The notes: generated by a model not told the origin, from the sequence alone. A stretch of DNA of 64,000 nucleotides from Chthoniobacteraceae bacterium (GCA_037190965.1 JBBCKI010000070.1:21375-85374); one strand, 5' to 3'; positions 8,803 through 19,479 are shown, counted from the first letter of the stretch. Program-made: numbers and translations.

Positions 8803-10079
8803 CCGGCACGGCGGGCAGCTTCGATCCCCTTCTGGAGTGGATCGGAGACGCCTCCGTGGTTCTTCTGGGGGAAGCCTCCCACGGCACGCACGACTTCTAC
8901 AAAGCGCGCGCCGAAATCACCAAACGCCTGATCTCCGAGCGCGGCTTTACCGCCGTGGCCGTGGAGGCTGACTGGCCCGACGCCTACCGGGTCAACCGCT
9001 TCGTGCGGGGCGACAGCGACGACGACGAGGCCGTGGACGCCCTCGCGAGTTTCCAGCGATTCCCGGCATGGATGTGGCGCAACGCGGATGTCCTCGACTT
9101 CGTCGGCTGGCTGCGGACGCACAATGAGCCGCGCGCCTATGCCGCTCAGGCCGGCTTCTACGGGCTCGATCTCTACAGCCTCCAGGCTTCCGTGGAATCG
9201 GTGCTGGCCTATCTCGACCGGGTGGACCCGGAGGCGGCGCGCCGGGCGCGGGAGCGGTACGCCTGTTTCGAGCATTTCGGCGCACCGGCCACCTATGGCA
9301 TGACAGCGGGCTTTGGCCTTTCGGAGTCGTGCGAAACGGAGGTGGTCAACCAGTTGGTGGAACTCCGGCGCAATGCCTCGGAGTACGTCTCCCGGCAGGG
9401 CATCCGGGGCGAGGACGATTACTTTTTTGCCGTGGAAAATGCGCGGCTCATCCGGAATGCCGAGCAATACTACCGGAGCATGTTCCGGGACCGCACCTCC
9501 TCATGGAATCTCCGCGACAAGCATATGGCGGAGACGCTCGAGGTGCTCTTCGAACACCTGCGTCAGCGGCAAAAGCCGAAAATCGTCGTCTGGGCGCACA
9601 ACTCCCACCTCGGCGACGCCCGCGCCACGGAGATGGGGGAACTCGGCGAACTGAACGTGGGCCAGTTGATGCGGGAACGCCACGCGGCGGACGTGGTGCT
9701 CATCGGTTTCACCACCTATTCGGGCACCGTCACCGCTTCCTCCGGCTGGGATCGCCCGGCGGAACGCAAACGCGTGCAGCCCGCGCTGCCCGGCAGCGTG
9801 GAAGCGCTTTTCCACCACGTTGGAACGCCGCGTTTCATGCTCAACCTTCAGGCCGACGACGAAACGACCGACCTCCTCAAAGAGCCGCTCCTGGAGCGGG
9901 CCATCGGCGTGGTCTACCAGCCCGAAACCGAGCGCGAAAGCCACTACTTCCACGCCCGCGTCGCGGAGCAATTCGACGCCATCATCCACTTCGACGAAAG
10001 CCGCGCCGTGGAGCCGCTGGAGCGCACCCCGCGCTGGCATGGGGATGAGCCCTCGGAGACGTTTCCGAGTGGGTATTAG
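8739..10079 (+). CDS. Erythromycin-esterase-family protein
   Basis: LLGEASHGTHDFY, VEADWPD, FPAWMWRN, WNLRD, WAHNSHLGDA, ERAIGVVY. Confidence 0.9.
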   Translation: MATSTTTLSPADLIRESAVPLTGTAGSFDPLLEWIGDASVVLLGEASHGTHDFYKARAEITKRLISERGFTAVAVEADWPDAYRVNRFVRGDSDDDEAVDALASFQRFPAWMWRNADVLDFVGWLRTHNEPRAYAAQAGFYGLDLYSLQASVESVLAYLDRVDPEAARRARERYACFEHFGAPATYGMTAGFGLSESCETEVVNQLVELRRNASEYVSRQGIRGEDDYFFAVENARLIRNAEQYYRSMFRDRTSSWNLRDKHMAETLEVLFEHLRQRQKPKIVVWAHNSHLGDARATEMGELGELNVGQLMRERHAADVVLIGFTTYSGTVTASSGWDRPAERKRVQPALPGSVEALFHHVGTPRFMLNLQADDETTDLLKEPLLERAIGVVYQPETERESHYFHARVAEQFDAIIHFDESRAVEPLERTPRWHGDEPSETFPSGY

Positions 10080-10240
10080 ATAAGTTGCGGGTATTAAGCG
10101 CTACGCCTGTCTCAGCAGCTTTTAATCTGTCCCACGCGAGGGGAAACTTACACTGGGACTTACCCCTTCTGCTCTTTCGCTTCCCGCGCGATGAGCGGCC
10201 CGAGATGGACTCGTGCTGCTTTTGGTGAAGGCGGAATAGT

Positions 10241-11299
10241 CTAGCGTTCCCCGGCGAGGATGGGAACGGCGTGAGCGAGGAAGTTTCTTGCCATGATTTC
10301 AGTGGCCTCCGAGTCAGGGTGGAACTGATCTGGCATCCGTTCATGGAATTCCTGTCCGGCGATCTTCAAGCCGCTGAGAAAATGGATATTCTTGTCGCCA
10401 TGCTCCCAGAGAAGGTTGACGGCTTGCTCCACGGCGGCTCGGTAGTCATTGAGCGTCATGCCATGGGGGTTGGGTGTCTCATCCCGTGGTTTGCTGTAGA
10501 TTGAGGAGAGAAGAAGGATGGGGGTATTTGGGTGTTTTTCGCGAATAATCCGGACGAACCCAATCAATGACGGTCTGAAACTTCGCTGATTGAGGGTTGA
10601 TTGGCTGTAGATGTTACCCCCTGCACAGATGGAGATATAGTCAGCGGGTTGGTCGCGCATCATCCGCGCGATGTCGATATCGAGATGGCATTGCCCTCCG
10701 TAGCCAAGGCACGTCAGGTTCCAGTTACGTTCGCGGGCGACGATGGAAGGCCAGGTGAGCGAGGGTGAGTTCGACGAGCGGCAATGGGTGATTGAGCTTC
10801 CGTAGGTGATCCACCTGGGCCGGGTGTCTTCGTAGGGCCGGAGGGTGGCGTTGTCATCGATTTCCAGCTGTTCGAGAGCGAAGTCGCCCTGTTGCGGGAG
10901 CCAGAGTTCGATCAGTTTTTCGTGGGTGCCTAGTCTTTTGAACTCGAAGGCGGGCTGATCTTTCAGGTCCCAGGTGGCGATGAAGCATCCATCGACAAAG
11001 AGATCGAGCTTCTGGTTTTTTTCGAACGGAACGGTGCGCCCTTTCACCTCGTCGGTGGTGCTGCAAAATGAGAGCCGAACTCCTGCCTGGGTGGCTGCCA
11101 TCTGGACAAGAGCGGGGGAGAAGAGGGCACGATCCGCGAAGGGAATGCGCCAAGGGCGGCTGTAGGCGGGAGTGCGTTCCATTGAAATGGCTCCCGGCCA
11201 GGATAAACGGCGGTCGTCGTGGGGAATAAGCATGGGCGAGTTGTTATCGATGAAGATGGCGGCGGTTTCTTCTCGGAAGAGCTGTCTTTGCGTCGGCAT
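10241..11299 (-). CDS. SGNH/GDSL hydrolase
   Basis: WITYGSSITH, LGYGGQCHLD, D..HP motifs; start uncertain. Confidence 0.85.
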   Translation of the reverse strand: MPTQRQLFREETAAIFIDNNSPMLIPHDDRRLSWPGAISMERTPAYSRPWRIPFADRALFSPALVQMAATQAGVRLSFCSTTDEVKGRTVPFEKNQKLDLFVDGCFIATWDLKDQPAFEFKRLGTHEKLIELWLPQQGDFALEQLEIDDNATLRPYEDTRPRWITYGSSITHCRSSNSPSLTWPSIVARERNWNLTCLGYGGQCHLDIDIARMMRDQPADYISICAGGNIYSQSTLNQRSFRPSLIGFVRIIREKHPNTPILLLSSIYSKPRDETPNPHGMTLNDYRAAVEQAVNLLWEHGDKNIHFLSGLKIAGQEFHERMPDQFHPDSEATEIMARNFLAHAVPILAGER

Positions 11300-11380
11300 C
11301 CCAGAGTTTCAGAATATGGCTATTACGCTGCGTCTTTATAGCCGAGGGCGCCCTTTCGCTGACCCCATTCACCCAGAGAT

Positions 11381-12067
11381 CTATGATGCAATGCGCCGTC
11401 GCCGTGACATCCAAAAAGCCCCTGCGGCCCCAAGGGAAAGAAGCCCTAAGCAGCTAGGTTCCGGCACTACGGCTAACTCAACCGCTGTGAACTCGATCCA
11501 GTCGGTCTCGTCTTCCGAAATCCGTGTTTGCAGAACAAGACCGTAAGTCGCATCAACCAAATAGGTCCCAAGGTAATTCGCGAAATAAGCCGACGGATCG
11601 ATATAGGTGTTCGGAAGGTTGAAGATCCCTTCATCGGGAAGGACAAAACTCATGCTGAGCCCCCACACGCTTTGCTCTTCAGCCTGATATCCGAGATTTA
11701 CGTAGGAAAACTGTGCCGTCACGCCCCCTAACGTGTTCAAGGAAAGCGTGGTCACCAATTCGGGCCCGAGATCGGGACTGAATGTTCCAGTAAGCCCGGT
11801 GATTCCAACGTACGAAAAAAGAGGGATTTCCAGTTCAGCCGATCCCCACACCGCCACCGATCCACTGAACGCCGAATTGCCTGTCTGTTCAAAGAGCGGA
11901 TTCAGGGTCAGTGTAAAGGTCGTCTCCTGCCCCTCTACGAAACCGAGTTTGGTTTCGTTTGCCGTAGCCTTGAGGACAAGGTCAATCGCCTCTGCTCTGG
12001 AAAAGCTAAAAAGAAGAAAAGAAGCCAGCAGGCTTCTTTTGATAAGGCCGGGGGTCATTTTTATCAT
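11381..12067 (-). CDS. PEP-CTERM sorting-domain surface protein
   Basis: Signal peptide; C-terminal VPEPS-hydrophobic helix-RRRR; visibly more AT-rich than flanks. Confidence 0.88.
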   Translation of the reverse strand: MIKMTPGLIKRSLLASFLLFSFSRAEAIDLVLKATANETKLGFVEGQETTFTLTLNPLFEQTGNSAFSGSVAVWGSAELEIPLFSYVGITGLTGTFSPDLGPELVTTLSLNTLGGVTAQFSYVNLGYQAEEQSVWGLSMSFVLPDEGIFNLPNTYIDPSAYFANYLGTYLVDATYGLVLQTRISEDETDWIEFTAVELAVVPEPSCLGLLSLGAAGAFWMSRRRRIAS

Positions 12068-12175
12068 GAGGGTTTATCATGCCTAATGATCGCCCACTAA
12101 TGTCAAGCATTCCGTTATTGACGGGGTCGCGCTTTGAACCCAACCAGCCAGCCCGACTCCAACGAATCTCCCGAC

Positions 12176-12748
12176 ATGGAAGACAAGCTTCGCGGTAAAC
12201 GAATTGCAATCCTTGCCACCGACGGGTTCGAGCAAGCGGAACTGGAAGGGCCGCTCAAAGGGTTGAAGGAGGCGGGGGCGGACGTGAAGATCGTCTCGTT
12301 GCAGCCCGGCAAGATTCTCGGCATGCACCATGAGGACAAGGGCGATCTGTTTGAGGTCGATCTGCCGCTGAGCCGAGCGAAGATCGAAGACTTTGACGCC
12401 CTGGTGCTGCCGGGCGGGTTGATCAATCCGGATTCCCTCCGCGCCAATGAGGAGGTGATCGATTTCGTGCGGGCCATTGCCCGGGCGGGAAAGCCGATCG
12501 CGGCGATTTGTCACGGGCCGTGGATCTTGATCGAGGCGGGGCTGGTGCGCGGGCGGCGGATGACCTCCTGGCCCAACATCAAGACCGACATCCGTAACGC
12601 CGGAGGCGAATGGGTGGATGAGGAGGTGGTGGTCGATAACGGGATCGTCACCAGTCGTAGCCCCGATGACATCCCCGCTTTCAACAAGAGAGCGATTGAG
12701 GAGTTTGCCGAGGGGCATCACCCAGCGATGGCGGCGGCTGCGCGGTGA
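12176..12748 (+). CDS. PfpI/DJ-1 family protein (YhbO-like)
   Basis: IAILATDGFEQ.E, LPGG, AAICHGPW, TSRSPDD. Confidence 0.92.
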   Translation: MEDKLRGKRIAILATDGFEQAELEGPLKGLKEAGADVKIVSLQPGKILGMHHEDKGDLFEVDLPLSRAKIEDFDALVLPGGLINPDSLRANEEVIDFVRAIARAGKPIAAICHGPWILIEAGLVRGRRMTSWPNIKTDIRNAGGEWVDEEVVVDNGIVTSRSPDDIPAFNKRAIEEFAEGHHPAMAAAAR

Positions 12749-12766
12749 CGCTCAGGCCCGGCGGTT

Positions 12767-13690
12767 CTACTTCGCCAGACCGCGCAATGTCGCCATATTC
12801 TCGACGTCTTCGACGAGTTCCTTACCCTTTGGCGTTTCGAGCACTTTGGGGACCCCCGCCAGCCGGGGGTCGCGCATGAGGACCCGGAAGGCGTCGAGCC
12901 CGATCTTCCCCTTGCCGATGTGATCATGGCGATCGACCCGCGAGCCGAGGGCGGCCTTGGAGTCGTTGCAATGGATCGCGGCGAGCCGGGAGAGGCCGAT
13001 GATTTTATCGAAGGCTTCGAGCGTTTCCCGCGCTCCGGCTTCCGTCGAGAGATCATAACCGGCGGCGAAAAGGTGAGCGGTATCGACGCAGACACAGAGC
13101 CGCTCGGGGTAGGCCGAATGCTCGATGATCCAGGCGAGTTGCTCGAAGGTATGGCCGAGCGAACTCCCCTGCCCGGCGGTGGTTTCCAGGGCGACCTTCG
13201 TTTTCACTTCGGGGATGGCCGTGAGGACCGCGTCGAGGTTTTTGGTGATCTCCGCAAGTCCTTCGGCTTCACCCCGGCCCATGTGCGCACCGGGGTGCAG
13301 GACCAGAAAGGGGAGTTCCAGCTGATCGGCGCGGATGAGTTCCTCGCGCAGGGCGCGCAGCGACTTTTCATGAAACTCCGGGTTGGTGGCCCCGAGGTTG
13401 ATCATATAACCCGAGTGGCCGAAGACGGACTTCAGTTCCGCCCGGCGAGGATGCTCCACAAACGCCTTACGCTCGGCCTCGGAGAGCGGGGCGGCAAACC
13501 ATTGCATGTTGTTCTTCACGAAAATCTGCATGGCGGTGCAGTTCACGGAAAGCGCGCGATCGATGGCGTTGGCAGGGCCGCCCGCGATCGACATATGCGC
13601 GCCGAGCAACAGACCATCCGAGGCTTGGGGCGCGGGTGCAGACGCGGCGGGCGTTTTCTTTGCGGTGGAGGAAGCTTTGCCTGTTTTCAT
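12767..13690 (-). CDS. nfo: Endonuclease IV
   Basis: GAHMSIAGG, HPGAH, LETTAGQG, DTAHLFA, HCNDSK, DRHDHIG, LETPK. Confidence 0.95.
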   Translation of the reverse strand: MKTGKASSTAKKTPAASAPAPQASDGLLLGAHMSIAGGPANAIDRALSVNCTAMQIFVKNNMQWFAAPLSEAERKAFVEHPRRAELKSVFGHSGYMINLGATNPEFHEKSLRALREELIRADQLELPFLVLHPGAHMGRGEAEGLAEITKNLDAVLTAIPEVKTKVALETTAGQGSSLGHTFEQLAWIIEHSAYPERLCVCVDTAHLFAAGYDLSTEAGARETLEAFDKIIGLSRLAAIHCNDSKAALGSRVDRHDHIGKGKIGLDAFRVLMRDPRLAGVPKVLETPKGKELVEDVENMATLRGLAK

Positions 13691-13696
13691 GGAAAC

Positions 13697-16126
13697 TTAT
13701 TGCGTCGGCTTGAACATGCCCTTGGGGAGACGCCTGGGCCTCCACACCGGCTTGGAGAGCGTGGCGTCGGAAACGTATTCAAAAAGATGACTGACGGGAG
13801 CGAACAACAAGCCCGCCGGGCCTTGCGCGTTGATGCGGATGTTGAAATCGATTTTGTCGTCGAGAAAGAAGAGTTTTCCACCGCCGTACATGGCAAACCC
13901 CTTGCCATCGACCATCAGGTCGCCCGTGTGGATCATCCCGTCTTTCATGTCGAAGGTGGCAGTGGCTTTGCGGGCGGTGTTGTAGCCCGCGCCGGGGAGG
14001 ATCGTGTTCAGGATACCCGAGAGCGGCCCGAACAGAGGGATGCCGAAAACGTAGCCGTCGGAAAGAGAGAGCGCCCCGGTCCCGGATAACGCCCTGACAT
14101 CCTCGCCCCGCCCTGCAAACTTGTAGTTGCCGCGCAGTTTCCCCTGGGAGGATTCATAATCGAGGTAGAGCTTGGTGAGCTTGGGGAAGTCGATATCCTC
14201 CACGCGGACTTCGCCGTGATAGTCCCCCTCCTTTTTCGAGAGCGAGATATCGGCATTGCCCAGCACTTTGCCGCCGAAAATAGAGCCGTCCAACCCTTCG
14301 ATCTTCAGCCGCTTGCCGACGACCCAGAGAGTCCCTTTGATCTTCGGGAAAAAGAGATCCCTGTTGATGAAATGGTAGTCGAGGTTGGTCCCGTCCACAT
14401 CGATTCGCAGCCGGGTATGATCGTCACCGTGGATCTGCACGCTGCCGTCAATGAGCAGGGAGGGGCGCGTACGGAAACGGTAGGGCGCAACGTGGCGGGG
14501 GAGATCGCCCGCTTTATCCACCCAGACAGCGACATCCACCGGCGTCATTGTCGATTTTACCCCCTTGAGGGTGGCGATGTTTCGCTTCAGGTCGTAGATG
14601 AACGCGCCGGTCCCCTTCCCTTCCGGCCGCTCCAGGACGAAGTCGGAAAACGTGAGCTGCTCATCTTTGAGACGAATGCCGGCGACGAGAGAATTGAAGC
14701 CGACTTTGCGAAAACGAGTGGCCCCAAAGGCCACCGTTCCTTCCGCCTCCATCCCCTCGAACGAAAGTGAGGGGGCCCGCCCTTCCAGGCGAAAACGTGG
14801 AACGGCGGGGAAGTCCCATTCTCCCAGAATCTCCCCGGCGATCCTCGGCAGCAGCGGCGGAAGCACTTTGGGATTGATGCCGCTCTCCAGCGAAAACCGG
14901 AACTCGCCGGGAACCTGCATGGCGCTCAGCAGCAGATTGCCGCTGCGATGGGAGAGCCGGGCATCGCGCACGAACCATCGCCCTCCGTCCCAATCCCACG
15001 CGAACTCGGTGCTTGCGCCCTCGAACATCACCGAGCGCGCGGCAAACCGGCCCACCGAGAATTTCCCGGTCATTTTGCCCTTCAACGGACGATCCTCCTC
15101 CCCTCCCGGCAACGCGGCCTCGCCGCTCAGTTCGAGGAGCGGCGGGGCATAAAAGACGAACTCGTCCACCTTCTGTGTAAGCCTCAGGGAGTGCGCCAAC
15201 CCTTGCAGGTCAAGCGTGGAGCGAAGCTGAAAGACCGCCTCGCCGGTCTCCAGACGGAAGGTGCCCGAAGCATCAAGCTCGCCCAGCTTGTCGGCGATGG
15301 CGCACTGGTTCAGGCTGATCCGCCCCTCGGCATAGGTCGCGGCAATTCGAGCCGAACGAACCTCGTAACCACTGTCGACGGTGAAGCGATCGGAATGGAA
15401 CAGCCCTTTGACGGTCAACTGGGAAGGGTTGGCAAGGTCGCCGCTGCACTCAACTTCCAGTTCCGGCCTGCCGCCAATGATCTTCAGGTTGTTGAGCCCC
15501 CGCAGGACCTCATGCATCCGGCCCGCCGCCGCACCTCCTGAGGAATCCTTCGGCATGGCGGCCCGGACAGTGCCGGGATTCAACAAGCGTCCGGAGACGA
15601 CGACCCGAAGGCCGTGAAGTTCGGCCTCCGCGTCGAAATCAAGTTTGTTCGGAGGCAGCAGGATGCGGGCGTTGAGACGGGAAACATCCAGCCGCTCGCT
15701 ATTGCGGTCGGCGGGATCGAGCGGCAACGAAAGCCGTGCGCCACGAAGATCGACCGCCTTCACGAATTGTTGCCCATGGACGAGCCCCGAATAATCGATA
15801 TCGAAAGCCACCTCGCTGATGTTTGCGAGGACCCAATTCTCCCGAGGATGGTTGATGCGTACCTCCTTGGCCACCAACCCGCGCAATGGGTTGAGCGTCA
15901 ACCGGCCGATATGGGCATGGATGCCCCGCTTCTCCAGCTCCCCGGTGACCAGACGACGCCACTTCCGGGTGAAGCCCCGGTCATTCACATACCAAAGCCC
16001 CCAGATGACCGTCGCCACCGATAGGCAGACTCCGGCCCAGAACAGCCGGATCAGCCACTTCCGCAGCCGGAACCAGCGTTGCTGGGGTGGAAAATTCGGA
16101 TGAGATGGAACTGCCGGGGTCGTCAC
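13697..16126 (-). CDS. AsmA-like envelope protein
   Basis: Single N-terminal TM, long beta-rich body, AsmA_2-like C-terminus. Confidence 0.7.
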   Translation of the reverse strand: MTTPAVPSHPNFPPQQRWFRLRKWLIRLFWAGVCLSVATVIWGLWYVNDRGFTRKWRRLVTGELEKRGIHAHIGRLTLNPLRGLVAKEVRINHPRENWVLANISEVAFDIDYSGLVHGQQFVKAVDLRGARLSLPLDPADRNSERLDVSRLNARILLPPNKLDFDAEAELHGLRVVVSGRLLNPGTVRAAMPKDSSGGAAAGRMHEVLRGLNNLKIIGGRPELEVECSGDLANPSQLTVKGLFHSDRFTVDSGYEVRSARIAATYAEGRISLNQCAIADKLGELDASGTFRLETGEAVFQLRSTLDLQGLAHSLRLTQKVDEFVFYAPPLLELSGEAALPGGEEDRPLKGKMTGKFSVGRFAARSVMFEGASTEFAWDWDGGRWFVRDARLSHRSGNLLLSAMQVPGEFRFSLESGINPKVLPPLLPRIAGEILGEWDFPAVPRFRLEGRAPSLSFEGMEAEGTVAFGATRFRKVGFNSLVAGIRLKDEQLTFSDFVLERPEGKGTGAFIYDLKRNIATLKGVKSTMTPVDVAVWVDKAGDLPRHVAPYRFRTRPSLLIDGSVQIHGDDHTRLRIDVDGTNLDYHFINRDLFFPKIKGTLWVVGKRLKIEGLDGSIFGGKVLGNADISLSKKEGDYHGEVRVEDIDFPKLTKLYLDYESSQGKLRGNYKFAGRGEDVRALSGTGALSLSDGYVFGIPLFGPLSGILNTILPGAGYNTARKATATFDMKDGMIHTGDLMVDGKGFAMYGGGKLFFLDDKIDFNIRINAQGPAGLLFAPVSHLFEYVSDATLSKPVWRPRRLPKGMFKPTQ

Positions 16127-16201
16127 GCCGATTGATTTTATCGTGAGGGCCGGGGAGATTCCAGCCCTGAGCCCGATTTGCGTTCAAATCGGCCCGCCCA
16201 A

Positions 16202-16981
16202 TTAAACATCCAACAGCGCCGCCACCTGCCCCGGGACGTCGCCGGTTCTCATCAACGACTCACCCACAAGGATCGCGTTGACCCCGGCGGCAAAGACGCG
16301 GCGGGCGTCAGCGTTGGTTTTGAGGCCGCTTTCGCTGACGAGCAGGATTCCCTCCTCGGGCACTTCCTCGCTGATCTCCTCGGTCGCGGCGAGATCCACC
16401 TGGAAGGTGGCGAGATTCCGGTTGTTGATGCCGATCAACCGCGCGCCGCACTCCAGGGCTCGTTCGAGTTCCTCCCGGGTGTGAACCTCCACCAGCACAT
16501 CGAGCCCGAGGGTGGTGGCGCTTTCATGAAGCCGCTCCAGCTCAGGCTGCTCCAGCGCGGCGACAATGAGAAGAATGGCGTCGGCCCCGGCTACTGCGGC
16601 TTCGAAAATCTGGACTTCATGAAGGATGAAATCCTTGCGGATCACCGGCAACCGGACGGCATTGCGGACTTTGGTGAGATCCCCCAAATGCCCCTGGAAG
16701 AATTTTTCGTCGGTGAGCACCGAGATCGCATGAGCCCCGGCGTCCTGATAGGCCTGCGCGATGGCGACGGGATCGAACTCCTCGACAATCGCCCCGGCGG
16801 AAGGAGAGGCCTTCTTTACCTCGGCAATCAACCCGAGTGCTTCCGGCCCCCGATCAATGGCCGAGGCGAAGCCGCGATAATCGTTACGCAGCAACGCCGC
16901 GGCGCGAAGGTGCTCCAGGCGCGGCAGCAGACGCGCGATCTCCACTCGTTTCTGATCGAGGATGACTTGCAAGCGATTCAT
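16202..16981 (-). CDS. trpC: Indole-3-glycerol phosphate synthase
   Basis: IAEVKKASPSAG, ISVLTD, RKDFI, GINNRNL, VSESG, LVGESLM. Confidence 0.95.
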   Translation of the reverse strand: MNRLQVILDQKRVEIARLLPRLEHLRAAALLRNDYRGFASAIDRGPEALGLIAEVKKASPSAGAIVEEFDPVAIAQAYQDAGAHAISVLTDEKFFQGHLGDLTKVRNAVRLPVIRKDFILHEVQIFEAAVAGADAILLIVAALEQPELERLHESATTLGLDVLVEVHTREELERALECGARLIGINNRNLATFQVDLAATEEISEEVPEEGILLVSESGLKTNADARRVFAAGVNAILVGESLMRTGDVPGQVAALLDV

Positions 16982-17080
16982 GGCCCGCGAATAGAACACC
17001 CGCGCCCGGGAATTGCCACCAAAAGATGGCGTCCACACCCGAGGATTTGCCTTCTTCAAAAAAAATCGATGGAAAAACGC

Positions 17081-17109
17081 TTGCAAGAAAGCCGACTTCT
17101 TCCTAGCTT
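17081..17109 (+). promoter_or_regulatory. Sigma70-like promoter for tRNA-Gly
   Basis: TTGCAA-17 nt-TAGCTT upstream of the tRNA. Confidence 0.55.
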
Positions 17110-17163
17110 CCCCTCCTCGCCAACGCTCCGCAAGGAACGGTCGGCGAACTTCAAGGATCAGAA

Positions 17164-17238
17164 GCGGGTGTAGCTCAGTGGTAGAGCACTTCCTTGCCAA
17201 GGAAGACGTCGCGAGTTCGAGTCTCGTCACCCGCTCCA
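17164..17238 (+). tRNA. tRNA-Gly(GCC)
   Basis: GCGGGTG acceptor, anticodon arm CTTCC-TTGCCAA-GGAAG, GTTCGA T-loop, encoded CCA. Confidence 0.97.
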
Positions 17239-17250
17239 ATTTCCAAACCG

Positions 17251-17280
17251 CCAACCTCTCCAAGGTTGGTTTTTTTGTTT
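17251..17280 (+). terminator. Intrinsic terminator after tRNA-Gly
   Basis: CCAACCT/AGGTTGG stem followed by a T tract. Confidence 0.8.
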
Positions 17281-17302
17281 CCCGATCACGGACTCCCGCA
17301 GA

Positions 17303-18049
17303 TCAGACAATACCGCCATTGGCCCGCAAGGTCTGTCCGTTGACCCAGGCTCCATCAGGGCCGACGAGGAACGAGACAACTCCGGCAATGTCCTCCGGAC
17401 GCCCCAGGCGCTCGAGCGGAGGCATCTTGGCCATATGCGCAATCTGCTCGGGTGATTTCCCGTGAAAGAACAGATCGGTCGCCGTCGGCCCGGGAGCCAC
17501 GGCATTTACGGTGATTTCGCGTCCACGGAGTTCCTTGGCAAAGATGCTGGTCAGTGTTTCGACCGCCGATTTTGTGGCGGCGTAGGAGGCGTAGCCGGGC
17601 AGCGCGAGTCCGAGCACGCTCGTGGAAAAGTTGACGATGCGTCCACCCCGGCGCAAGCGCTTCGCGGCGAGACGCAAGGCGTTAAAAGTCCCTTTTACAT
17701 TGATGGCGAAGAGACGATCGAAGAGCGCGTCATCGGTATCGGCAAGAGAGACGAGGGCGGGCTGCATAATCCCGGCATTGTTGATAAGGACATCAACCCC
17801 TCCCAAGATCTCCTCCGCTTTGTCAAAGAGCGCCGCGACCTCTGCTGAAGAGGAGACATCCGCCTTGACGGCGATAGCCGTTCCTCCCGCAGCTTCGATC
17901 TCCTCCACGACTTTCTCCGCATCGGCGACGCGACCCGCATAGTTGACCACGATGGCAAGACCATCATGGGCAAGTCGCTTGGCGATGGCAGCACCGATTC
18001 CTCGCGAAGAACCGGTGACAATGGCGACTTTGGTTAGATCAGTTTTCAT
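17303..18049 (-). CDS. SDR family oxidoreductase
   Basis: TGSSRGIG, NNAG, YAATK motifs. Confidence 0.93.
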   Translation of the reverse strand: MKTDLTKVAIVTGSSRGIGAAIAKRLAHDGLAIVVNYAGRVADAEKVVEEIEAAGGTAIAVKADVSSSAEVAALFDKAEEILGGVDVLINNAGIMQPALVSLADTDDALFDRLFAINVKGTFNALRLAAKRLRRGGRIVNFSTSVLGLALPGYASYAATKSAVETLTSIFAKELRGREITVNAVAPGPTATDLFFHGKSPEQIAHMAKMPPLERLGRPEDIAGVVSFLVGPDGAWVNGQTLRANGGIV

Positions 18050-18282
18050 AGCGCTTCGATAGAAATGAGATCAACGACGGGTAAGCATCACCGATCCTTC
18101 GATATCTGGGCCCCCACCGGACTTCCCTATCGCTCATTCAGAAAGTGAATGCCCGCTGGAGGATGTTTTCCCTGATTCTTGCCTCTGCGGAGATCGCGCG
18201 GCAGCAATAGCAGGACGGGGAGGAGAGATTCCCTAAGAATGCCACTTTCCGGAATCGAAAAGGAGAAAAGAAGAAGGTGAAA

Positions 18283-18359
18283 TGGGGTGACCGACGGGAT
18301 TTGAACCCGCGACAGCCAGAACCACAATCTGGAGCTCTACCGACTGAGCTACGGCCACC
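18283..18359 (-). tRNA. tRNA-His(GTG)
   Basis: Reverse strand G-1/GTGGCCG...CCAGA-TTGTGGT-TCTGG...GTTCAAATC...CGGTCACCCCA. Confidence 0.96.
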
Positions 18360-18525
18360 ATTTCACCAAGACTTCCGAATCAATCGATCAGAAGTTTTCC
18401 CGTCCTTCAACGGGTGGAGGCGGGAGAGTATAACGGCTCTTTCCGAAATCGGAAACGGAAAATGCGTTTCCGGAGGAAAAAGTTTAGGAAATCGCTGATT
18501 ACGCCTTATGGGGGGTTTCCGAGCC

Positions 18526-18939
18526 TTACCCGAAGGTCAGCTTCGTAACCCCGGAGGCTCCGGCCGCATTGAGCACGTCCATGATCCGCTCGTGCCGGGT
18601 ATCCGGCGAAGGACGGATGATCACCGGGTTATCGGCCCCGAACCGGTCAATGGAACCTTTCAGCCATTCGCGGAGGGGATTGAGCGTCTTGTCGGTGGGC
18701 GTTCCGTAGGCCGTGTTATTGGCCGTCACCTGTCCCTCGGGTGCGATATCGATGATGATCGGGGTCGTCACGTTCTTCTGTCGACTCGGACCTCCTCCGG
18801 GGAGATTGACGCTAAGCTCGCTCTCCACGATCTGGGAGCCCGCGCTGGCCATGAAAAAGAGCATGAGGACGAAAACCACGTCCACCATGGGAGCAATCTG
18901 GAATCCAATGTCGCCGTCTTCTGAGCCTACGGAAGCCAT
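18526..18939 (-). CDS. ExbD/TolR family protein
   Basis: FQIAPMVDVVFVLMLFFM TM with conserved Asp. Confidence 0.9.
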   Translation of the reverse strand: MASVGSEDGDIGFQIAPMVDVVFVLMLFFMASAGSQIVESELSVNLPGGGPSRQKNVTTPIIIDIAPEGQVTANNTAYGTPTDKTLNPLREWLKGSIDRFGADNPVIIRPSPDTRHERIMDVLNAAGASGVTKLTFG

Positions 18940-19002
18940 AGATAGGGATGTTCTATTTTAGGGGAGATTAAGGGTGGCGCAACACGCCTGTTAAAGCGCC
19001 TG

Positions 19003-19479
19003 TTATTGAGGCTTGGGAGCGTCCTTGTCGACAACCGAGAACGTCACGTTCGAGACCTGCGCCTTTCCGATCGCTTGCAGGACCTGGCGCATGTACTCGT
19101 AGCGAACGCCCCGGTCAGCGCGCATCAGCACGCGGGTCTGCGGCACGCTGATGAGCTTGTTCTGCAACATCGGGATCAATTCATTGGGGGAGGAATACAT
19201 TTTGTTATCCACCTCAATGGAACCGGCGTTGTTGATCGCCGCCCAGGAGACGTTGACGATCACCTGACCCTGCGTGTCCTTCTTGGGGGGCTTGGCGTCC
19301 TTGGCAACCGGCAGATGAATGTTCTTATTGCTCTGCAACACCTCCGTGGAGCTGATGGACATAAAGAACACCAGCAGCACCAGAAGAATGTCGATCATCG
19401 GCGCGATCTGAAACTCCGGATCTTCCTCCGGAGCGTTGCGCGTCTGGGCGCGCTTGCTTGAGCCTTTTTTATGAGACAT
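19003..19479 (-). CDS. ExbD/TolR family protein
   Basis: FQIAPMIDILLVLLVFFM; RAD motif. Confidence 0.9.
   Translation of the reverse strand: MSHKKGSSKRAQTRNAPEEDPEFQIAPMIDILLVLLVFFMSISSTEVLQSNKNIHLPVAKDAKPPKKDTQGQVIVNVSWAAINNAGSIEVDNKMYSSPNELIPMLQNKLISVPQTRVLMRADRGVRYEYMRQVLQAIGKAQVSNVTFSVVDKDAPKPQ

Noticed and set aside
8739..10079. Macrolide resistance gene
   Set aside because: Family-level match only; this subfamily is widespread, and activity cannot be inferred from motifs.
16982..17263. N-terminal extension of TrpC in the ORF track
   Set aside because: Runs antisense through tRNA-Gly and its promoter; the real start is 16981.
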